Source: Deltaproteobacteria bacterium
GTDB taxonomy: Bacteria > Myxococcota > Myxococcia > Myxococcales > 40CM-4-68-19
DNA: 64,000 nucleotides
NCBI GenBank assembly: GCA_005879315.1
Contig: VBLC01000036.1
Location: 22,002-86,001, forward strand
Direction: 5' to 3'
A model generated the notes under the pieces. It made no database searches. It was not told where the DNA came from and was given only the letters and a program-made list of their open reading frames with translations. How positions within the stretch are numbered: position 1 is the stretch's first letter; the number at the start of each line of letters is the position of its first letter. Shown here piece by piece: positions 16,391 to 23,049 of the stretch. The position numbers and the translations under genes were made by a program.

Positions 16391-18712
16391 TCAAAAGATG
16401 GGCGGGCTCGGCGGCTTGTTGGCGTAGGAAAATTCCGAGAGCGCCTGCCCGCTGCGCTGCTCGGAGGTGTCGCCTGGGCGATCGATGCGGAGCTGGTAGC
16501 GGTTCTCGTAGGTGTACGCCATCGGCGCCGCGACGGTGCTGACGAGAAGGCGCGAGAGCGGCCCCATCTCCTCGAGCAGATCCTGCCGGTAGAGCAGCTT
16601 GCGGGCTTCGATGCGCACCGTCACGGTCTCGCCCAGCGCGCCGCGCGCCACCGCCTTCACCCGCTGGGGCACGTCGTACTCGAAATGTCCGCCGGCCTCG
16701 TGGCGCGGGGACTCGAAGGAGAGCTTCACTTCGCTCGAGCGCACCTCGGTGCGGCCGCCCTTGCTGGTGTAGAGCCATCCCTGCGGCGGCAGGCGCGATT
16801 CCTCCGGCGGAAAGAGCACCGCCAAGGCAGCGGTGGCGCCGCTCTGATCGTCGAAGGCCTCCATCCGGTACCAGAGCGAGGCGCTCTTGTAGGCGGGCAC
16901 GGTGGAGTAGCTGGTGTCGGCGTAGCAGTAGCCGCGCATCTTGCGGCTGCCCGTGGCGGCGCTCCAGAGCGTGCCGTCGAAGCGGCTGCGCAAGGCGAAG
17001 ATGGTCTGATCGAAGACCGCGCGGCCGCTGGCGTCGAAGACCACCCGGCCGCCGCCGGGCCGCACCGGCTTGGTCTCGGGCAACACCGTCGCGTCGACCA
17101 CGAGCTTGCGCCCGGCAAAGTGCACGTGGTGGCTGGCATCGGGGCCCATGGTGAGGCGTGAGGCGCCCATCTCGATGGCGCCTTCCGGCTGGACGCCCCA
17201 TTCGCCGCTCTCGAAGGCCTGACTGTCCTCGATGGTCTTGCCGTCGGCCGCGACCACCACCGCGCGCACGGCTGCTTTGCCGTGCCCCTCGAGGCCGGCA
17301 TTGCTGACGAGGAACTGCACGCGGGCGAAGGCGCCGTCCTCCGAGCTGAAGAGGAACGAATAGCTCTCCGAATAGAACGCCTCCGGCCGCAGCTTGGGGA
17401 GGAAGCTGGTCTGGGTGATCTCGGCGCTGTCGGGCAGGGCGCTGGAGAAGCCGTGCACCTGCTCTTCTGCGAAGGGATTTCCATAGGCCGAGACGAGCAC
17501 GGCCCACGCCGCCAGCGCCGAGGCGAACGCCCCGAGGATGGCGAGGGCGGGCCGCGGCTTTCCGCTCTGCTCGCGGAAGACGAAGATGCGATGCAGCGGC
17601 AGGTTCCATCCCAGCGACACCGCCACTCCCACGACCGCCGCGGCGATCAGCGGATTCCAGCGCAGGCCTTCGGTGAGGAGGATGACGCCGACGGTGTTGA
17701 GGAGCAGCGAGGTGAGCGAGATGGCGGCGTAGCGGGGCGCCTCGATGAACAGCGAATTCTGCCGCGTCTTGAAGGTGTAGATCTTGTTGAGGGTGAAATT
17801 GGTGACGGCGCCGAGCAGCGCTCCGAGCGCGCGCGAGGTGCCGGTGTAGATGCCGATCACCTCGACCATGATGGTGAACGAGCCGTAGTCGACGACGGTG
17901 GCGACGGCGGAGGCCACCCAGGCGCGCTGGAACCAGCCAGAGAGCACTTCCTCGCGCTCCGCGGGCCGCGGCGCGCCCTCGCGCTTGCGCAGCTCGCCGT
18001 GGATATAGGTGAACCGGCGGATGGCGGTGACGTTGGCCATCACCGCGACCAGCGCGAGCGTGCCCAGAAGCAGGTGATAGGTCGGCCGCGCCACGCCCGG
18101 CTCGAGAAAGCGCGCGGTGATCGGGGCGAGCACGCCGGCGATGCCGATGTAGACGGCCCGCTCGGCGCGGTTCATCGAGCCCATGCGCGCGTCGATTCCG
18201 CTGATCTCTCCTTTGGCGCGAGCATAGGAGACGAGCAATGCTCCACCGAGGGAAGTCAATGCAAGCCAGAAACCGAGCGGATAGTTTCGATAATAAGCGG
18301 CGAGACCGGCGAAAGTGGCGATCTCGGCGTAGCGATCGACGGCGGCGTCGATCAGCTCGCCCGCGTCGGAAGCGGTGCCGCGCGAGCGCGCCACCATCCC
18401 GTCGAGCGCGTCGAGCACCGCGCAGGCGATGACCAGCCAGCCGCCCAGCGCCGGGCTGCCCGTCGCGAACGCGGCGCCTGCGCCGATGCTGCAGGCGAGG
18501 GAGGCCGCGGTGATCTGGTTGGGCGTGAGGCCCAGGCGCAGCGCCGCCTTCTCCAGCGGCGCGAAGCACCAGTAGCCGAACTCGATGAAGAAGCGCCCGA
18601 GGAAGACGCTGCCCGGCTCTTTCCGGATCCGCTCGGTGACGTACCGGCCCTTCACCAGCACTCTCGCCGAGTAGGCGGCAAGGAGCGTGAGCACCGACGC
18701 GATCGCGACCAA
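16391..18712 (-). CDS. fusion: CDP-alcohol phosphatidyltransferase + GtrA-like flippase + TM helix + Svf1/AttH-like lipocalin-fold domain
   Basis: Signature DALDGMVARSRGTASDAGELIDAAVD (DxxDGxxAR...GxxxDxxxD). GtrA-like 4-TM block ATVVDY...NFTLNKIYTF...NLPLHRIFVF, then a hydrophobic helix and a beta-rich ~350 aa domain. The start may be CTG 18721, 7 nt after GGAGG. Confidence 0.85.
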   Translation of the reverse strand: MVAIASVLTLLAAYSARVLVKGRYVTERIRKEPGSVFLGRFFIEFGYWCFAPLEKAALRLGLTPNQITAASLACSIGAGAAFATGSPALGGWLVIACAVLDALDGMVARSRGTASDAGELIDAAVDRYAEIATFAGLAAYYRNYPLGFWLALTSLGGALLVSYARAKGEISGIDARMGSMNRAERAVYIGIAGVLAPITARFLEPGVARPTYHLLLGTLALVAVMANVTAIRRFTYIHGELRKREGAPRPAEREEVLSGWFQRAWVASAVATVVDYGSFTIMVEVIGIYTGTSRALGALLGAVTNFTLNKIYTFKTRQNSLFIEAPRYAAISLTSLLLNTVGVILLTEGLRWNPLIAAAVVGVAVSLGWNLPLHRIFVFREQSGKPRPALAILGAFASALAAWAVLVSAYGNPFAEEQVHGFSSALPDSAEITQTSFLPKLRPEAFYSESYSFLFSSEDGAFARVQFLVSNAGLEGHGKAAVRAVVVAADGKTIEDSQAFESGEWGVQPEGAIEMGASRLTMGPDASHHVHFAGRKLVVDATVLPETKPVRPGGGRVVFDASGRAVFDQTIFALRSRFDGTLWSAATGSRKMRGYCYADTSYSTVPAYKSASLWYRMEAFDDQSGATAALAVLFPPEESRLPPQGWLYTSKGGRTEVRSSEVKLSFESPRHEAGGHFEYDVPQRVKAVARGALGETVTVRIEARKLLYRQDLLEEMGPLSRLLVSTVAAPMAYTYENRYQLRIDRPGDTSEQRSGQALSEFSYANKPPSPPIF

Positions 18713-18781
18713 AAGGGGCAGCTTCGAACCTCCGTTTGCGCTCGACCTACGTGGGCATACTTCTGCTCACATTCGAGCGTC

Positions 18782-18810
18782 CAAATACCTAAAAACAATC
18801 AATGTTGCAA
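18782..18810 (-). promoter_or_regulatory. putative sigma70 promoter of the lipid cluster, in an AT-rich patch
   Basis: The minus strand reads TTGCAA-17 nt (cattgattgtttttagg)-TATTTG, and a GGAGG Shine-Dalgarno precedes the CDS. Confidence 0.55.
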
Positions 18811-18812
18811 TC

Positions 18813-19565
18813 CTATGGCGGCAATACCACGAGGACCATGGGCAGGCCTACTCCGGGGGTGGCCACATCGCTCGTTTCGGTCTTGACGGCGAGCGACGCC
18901 TCTGGACCGCCGTCGAGATTCAGCGCCTCGACGGCGCCCAGCCCCTCGGCCAGCCACTTGCCGACCTCCCGCCGCACCGCCGGCCATTGCGAGGCGAAGA
19001 GCACGATGCGCCCATCCTTGAGCTGCGCAAGAGCCGCGGTGCGGGAAGACTCCGCGCAGTAATGCGCCCCCGCACAGGCCGCGGCCCCCTCGCGCACCAG
19101 CGCCGGGAAGCTCTTGAGCGCTTCCTGCCACTGCTCTGGACGGAAGTTGGCCGGCGTCAGCAGCCGTGCCTGCGAGGAGGGCAGCGACGCCGGCACCGCC
19201 TGCCGCGGCTTGGCGCCGAAGAAGAGCGCGTCCTGCCGATGGCATCCGGCGCCGCGCACCGGCTTTCCCTCGAGGACCAGGTCGCAGGTGGGCCGGACCG
19301 GTGCCGCCGCGGGTCCGTCGAGCGAATAGAAGGAGCCGTTGACGATGGCGAGGGCGCGAGGGAACTTCTGCCGCCACTCCGGGAGCGTCGGCCGCGACGG
19401 ATCGTAACGGACCAGGAAAGTCGCGCGCGCCGGATCGACGAGCACCACCCGCGCCGCCCAGCCTGGGTTGCCGCCCAGATCAGCGGCGGCGGCCGTCTCG
19501 ACCCCAGGCGCGACCTGCTTGAGCGGCGAGGGGGCGAGCGCGGCGATGAGCAGCAGCGCGAGCAT
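18813..19565 (-). CDS. secreted phosphodiester glycosidase family protein (NAGPA/DUF2233-like)
   Basis: Signal peptide MLALLLIAALA; VNGSFY, SRTAALAQLKDGRIVL, ALNLDGGPEASL (LDGG motif). The start abuts the ppk1 stop (TAGATG). Confidence 0.75.
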   Translation of the reverse strand: MLALLLIAALAPSPLKQVAPGVETAAAADLGGNPGWAARVVLVDPARATFLVRYDPSRPTLPEWRQKFPRALAIVNGSFYSLDGPAAAPVRPTCDLVLEGKPVRGAGCHRQDALFFGAKPRQAVPASLPSSQARLLTPANFRPEQWQEALKSFPALVREGAAACAGAHYCAESSRTAALAQLKDGRIVLFASQWPAVRREVGKWLAEGLGAVEALNLDGGPEASLAVKTETSDVATPGVGLPMVLVVLPP

Positions 19566-21860
19566 CTACAGCCGCTTCCTCCGCCGCCGCGCCGGCCTTC
19601 GTTCGGTGGAGGGGAAGATCTCCTGGGCCGCCACCGGCGGCTGCTCCTGGGCCGCACCGGCGCGCCTCGCCACGCTCATGAACCGCTCCTGGCTGCGCAG
19701 CGGCGCGGCCGGAGTTCCCTGCGTTCCGGGCTGGATCCGCTCGTAGCGTCCGTCGGGCAAGAGGATGCGCGCCTTTTGATTGTCGGCGAGCTGGATGCTG
19801 AGCATCTCCATCAGCCGCTCGCGCAGCGCCGCGTCCTCGATGGGGAAGGCGACCTCGACGCGGCGGATGAAATTGCGCGGCATCCAGTCGGCCGAGCTGG
19901 CCCACATCTCCTTCTTGCCGCCGGCCTCGAAGAACCAGATGCGGGTGTGCTCCAGATAGCGGTCGACGATGCTCACCACGCGGATGCGCTCGGAGAGGTC
20001 CGGCACGCCCGGCCGCAGGCAGCAGATGCCGCGCACCAGGAGGTCGATCTGCACTCCCGCCTGCGAGGCGCGGTAGAGCGCCTTGATCACCTCGGCGTCG
20101 GCGAGCGAGTTCATCTTGGCGATGATGCGGCCTTTGCCCGTGGCGCGGGCCACGTCGGCTTCCCGATCGACCATTTCGATCACAGCCGCCTTCAGCCCCA
20201 AAGGCGCCACCTTGAACTTTCGCCACTGCGCCGGCTTCGAGTAGCCGGTGAGCAGGTTGAAGAGAGCGGTCGCGTCGGCGCCGAAGTCGTCGCGGGCGGT
20301 GAAGAAGGAGAGGTCCGAATAGATCTTCGCCGTGGTCGGATTGTAGTTGCCGGTGCCGAGGTGGACGTAGCGGCGCAGGCCGCTCGTCTCGCCGGCCTCG
20401 CGGCGCACCACCAGCACCACCTTGCAGTGGGTCTTGTAGCCGATGAGCCCGTAGACGACGTGCACGCCGGCCTGCTCGAGCGCGCGGGCCCAGAGGATGT
20501 TTGCCTCCTCGTCCATGCGCGCTTTCAGCTCGACCAGCGCGGTCACCTGCTTGCCGTTCTCGGCGGCGCGCTGCAGGGCGCGGACGATGGGCGAGTCCTT
20601 TCCGGTGCGATAGAGAGTGATCTTGATGGCCAGGACGGCGGGATCGTCGGCCGCCGCCTCGATGAAGCTCACCACCGGGTCGTACGACTCGTACGGGTGG
20701 TGGAGGAGGACGTCCCGCTCGCGGATGAGGCGGAAGAGATCGCGCTCGCCGTCGCCGATGGCCGCCGCGATGACGGGCGTGAAGGGCTCGTCGTGCAGCT
20801 CCTTCTGCTCGATGCGTCCGAGGAGCGGCAGGAGGTCCGGTATATTCAGTGGACCTTCGATGCGGTAGACGTCGGCAGGGCCGAGCTTGAGGGCGCGCAC
20901 CAGATACTCGGAGAGGTGCTGCTCGGCGGTGGCCGAGATTTCCAGCCGCACGGCGCCGCCGCGGTCGCGCCGCCGCACCTCGCGCTCGATGGTGACCAGG
21001 AGATCTTCGGCCTCCTCCTCGTCGATGGAGAGGTCCCAGTTGCGCGTCACGCGGAAGGCCCAGCAGCCCTCGATGGGCATGCCGGGGAAGAGTTGCGCCA
21101 CGTAGCGGGCGATGATGTCCTCGAGCAGGACGTACTGGCGCCGGCCGGAGTCGGGGACCTCGACGAGGCGGGGCAGCACCGAAGGGACCGGGACCACTCC
21201 GTAGCGCAGTCGCGTCCCCGGCGCTCCCGGCGCGAATCGTACCGCCAGGTTGAGAGATTTGTTGCGCAGGTGGGGGAAGGGATGGCCCGGATCGAGAGCG
21301 ATCGGCGTCAGCACCGGAAATACTTCGCGCGCGAAATAATCGGCGACGAAGTGGTCCGCCTCGGGCGAGAGCTGAGCGGTGCTGAGCAGTCGCACACCGG
21401 CGCGCTCGAGCTTGGGGAGCACGTCTCCGAGCAGCGCGCGGTACTGCCGCGCGACCATCTCGTGGCAGCGGGCCGCGATGGCGGCCAGCTGCTCGCCGGG
21501 CGTCATCGCGTCGGAGCCGCCCTCCTCGACGTGGCCGGAGAGCTGCTGTTTCAGGCCGGCCACGCGGATCATGAAGAACTCGTCGAGGTTCGAGCTGAAG
21601 ATGGCGAGGAACTTGAGCCGCTCCAGCACCGGCACCGTCGGGTCCGAGGCCTCCTCCAGAACGCGCCCGTTGAAAGCCAGCCACGAGAGCTCGCGGTTGA
21701 TGAAGGAGCGCGCGTCGTTGAGATGGCTGACGGGGGGCGGCTGGGCGGCTCCCGCCTCGGGTGGGAGGACGACCGAAAGCGTGGGCTGGGGCGGCGCTAG
21801 CGGTGCTGGCCCGGTCGCTGGCGTCGGAATTGGTGTAGGTCCTGTGGACACCCCATCCAT
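19566..21860 (-). CDS. ppk1: polyphosphate kinase 1
   Basis: FINRELSWLAFNGRVLEEA, IFSSNLDEFFMIRVAGLK, HPFPH, LLHHPYESY, ELKARMDEEANI, KTHCK (phospho-His), HLGTGNYN, GSADWM-like SSADWMPRN. ATG 21860 is supported by an upstream promoter. Confidence 0.97.
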   Translation of the reverse strand: MDGVSTGPTPIPTPATGPAPLAPPQPTLSVVLPPEAGAAQPPPVSHLNDARSFINRELSWLAFNGRVLEEASDPTVPVLERLKFLAIFSSNLDEFFMIRVAGLKQQLSGHVEEGGSDAMTPGEQLAAIAARCHEMVARQYRALLGDVLPKLERAGVRLLSTAQLSPEADHFVADYFAREVFPVLTPIALDPGHPFPHLRNKSLNLAVRFAPGAPGTRLRYGVVPVPSVLPRLVEVPDSGRRQYVLLEDIIARYVAQLFPGMPIEGCWAFRVTRNWDLSIDEEEAEDLLVTIEREVRRRDRGGAVRLEISATAEQHLSEYLVRALKLGPADVYRIEGPLNIPDLLPLLGRIEQKELHDEPFTPVIAAAIGDGERDLFRLIRERDVLLHHPYESYDPVVSFIEAAADDPAVLAIKITLYRTGKDSPIVRALQRAAENGKQVTALVELKARMDEEANILWARALEQAGVHVVYGLIGYKTHCKVVLVVRREAGETSGLRRYVHLGTGNYNPTTAKIYSDLSFFTARDDFGADATALFNLLTGYSKPAQWRKFKVAPLGLKAAVIEMVDREADVARATGKGRIIAKMNSLADAEVIKALYRASQAGVQIDLLVRGICCLRPGVPDLSERIRVVSIVDRYLEHTRIWFFEAGGKKEMWASSADWMPRNFIRRVEVAFPIEDAALRERLMEMLSIQLADNQKARILLPDGRYERIQPGTQGTPAAPLRSQERFMSVARRAGAAQEQPPVAAQEIFPSTERRPARRRRKRL

Positions 21861-21867
21861 CAAAGCG

Positions 21868-21896
21868 ACTGTACACGCTGACCTGCCACTTGACAA
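21868..21896 (-). promoter_or_regulatory. sigma70 promoter of ppk1 (leaderless)
   Basis: The minus strand reads TTGTCA-17 nt-TACAGT-7 nt-ATG(21860). Confidence 0.7.
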
Positions 21897-21917
21897 CGCA
21901 ACGCATCGCGTTACAAG
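21890..21917 (+). promoter_or_regulatory. putative sigma70 promoter of the divergent phasin-like gene; its -35 overlaps the ppk1 -35
   Basis: TTGACA (21890-95)-16 nt-TACAAG. Shine-Dalgarno AAGGAGG before ATG 21961. Confidence 0.45.
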
Positions 21918-21960
21918 CTCCCCCGCAACGCACCGCGACACGCCCAAGGAGGGCGAGCAA

Positions 21961-22284
21961 ATGATTACTACTGAACAGAAGAACGGCTTCCAGTCAAAGC
22001 TGCACGAGGCTTTCGCCCAGGCGCAGACCAAGGCGACGGCCCGTGCCAAGGAGCTCGAGCAGGAGGCGCGCAAGGTCTTGGAGATGTTGGGCGATCGGGC
22101 CCAGGCCGAACTGGTCAGGCTTCTGCAACTGGCCCAGTCCAACTCGCGAGAGCAGCTCGGCACCCTGGGCGTCGAGCTGGAGAAACTGGGGAAGAAGCTC
22201 CAGCAGTTGGCCAAGGAACCCGAAAAGGCGCCCGCCAAGGCCACCGACGGCACGACGGCCAATCAGCCCGAAACTGTACAGTAG
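21961..22284 (+). CDS. small amphipathic coiled-coil protein (phasin-like)
   Basis: Strong Shine-Dalgarno. 107 aa, helical (KLHEAFAQAQTKATARAKELEQEARKVLEMLG...), with an AKA-rich tail. Confidence 0.7.
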   Translation: MITTEQKNGFQSKLHEAFAQAQTKATARAKELEQEARKVLEMLGDRAQAELVRLLQLAQSNSREQLGTLGVELEKLGKKLQQLAKEPEKAPAKATDGTTANQPETVQ

Positions 22285-22329
22285 GGCAAGAACCGCGCAC
22301 CTGGTCGGATGCCCACGCAGATCGGTCAC

Positions 22330-22359
22330 TTGTCGCCCTTCCGAGGCGGTTGTTAGCCT
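22330..22359 (+). promoter_or_regulatory. putative extended -10 promoter of the SLT gene (near-leaderless)
   Basis: TTGTCG-18 nt-TGtTAGCCT, then 8 nt to ATG 22368. No Shine-Dalgarno. Confidence 0.5.
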
Positions 22360-22367
22360 TCCCCTTC

Positions 22368-23012
22368 ATGAGGCCGAGGACTGTGGCCATGGCGGCGATC
22401 TGCGCCGGTTTCGTCCTTGCGTGCGGGGCTGCGGCACTTTCGTTCGTGCCGCGTTCCGCCGCGCGGCCTGAGCCGTCGGCGAACGGCTGGACCCAGCCGG
22501 GCGTGGATGCCCTCCTAGCCAAGGTCGCGAGATCCTTGAATCCTTCGCTCCGAGGCAAGCTCGCCGAGGCCGTCATCAGCGAATCGCGGCGGGCGGGGTT
22601 CGACCCCCTCTTCGTCCTGGGCCTGGTCTCGGTCGAGAGCAGTTTTCGGCTGACGGTCTCGAGCAACCGCGGCGCCTATGGTCTGATGCAGCTCAAGCCC
22701 AGTACTTTCGCCTGGATTTCCGCTCGTGAACCGGACATCGGCGCCGAGGACGGCGCTGCGGCCGAAGATCCGGTCGTCGACGTCCGCCTCGCCATCCGCT
22801 ACGTGAAGTGGCTCGAGTCGCGGTTCCACAACCGTGACGATGCGTTGATGGCCTACAACGCCGGTCCCCACCGCCTGCGGGATTACAAGCGGGCGGGAGG
22901 GATCCCCTACAGCGTGCGCGCCTACCCGCGCAAGGTCTGGCGGGAGTACCGGCGCCTGGCGCGCATCGCCGGCGGACGCAGGCCCGGCATCGCAGTCGCC
23001 AGCGCGAGATAG
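22368..23012 (+). CDS. lytic transglycosylase (SLT domain), N-terminally anchored
   Basis: Hydrophobic N-terminus; LVSVESSF (catalytic Glu), GAYGLMQL, AIRYVKWL, ALMAYNAG. Confidence 0.92.
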   Translation: MRPRTVAMAAICAGFVLACGAAALSFVPRSAARPEPSANGWTQPGVDALLAKVARSLNPSLRGKLAEAVISESRRAGFDPLFVLGLVSVESSFRLTVSSNRGAYGLMQLKPSTFAWISAREPDIGAEDGAAAEDPVVDVRLAIRYVKWLESRFHNRDDALMAYNAGPHRLRDYKRAGGIPYSVRAYPRKVWREYRRLARIAGGRRPGIAVASAR

Positions 23013-23049
23013 TCTCGATCGGCCGCGGTGATAGAGTCCGCGGCCGCCG

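Noticed and set aside
11542-18569. Track ORFs 11542..14925 (1127 aa) and 14967..18569 (1200 aa) as giant proteins
   Set aside because: Only their C-terminal parts (Aur1-like; class III aminotransferase) are protein-like. The upstream parts are off-frame reads of the MMPL and CDP-alcohol phosphotransferase genes.
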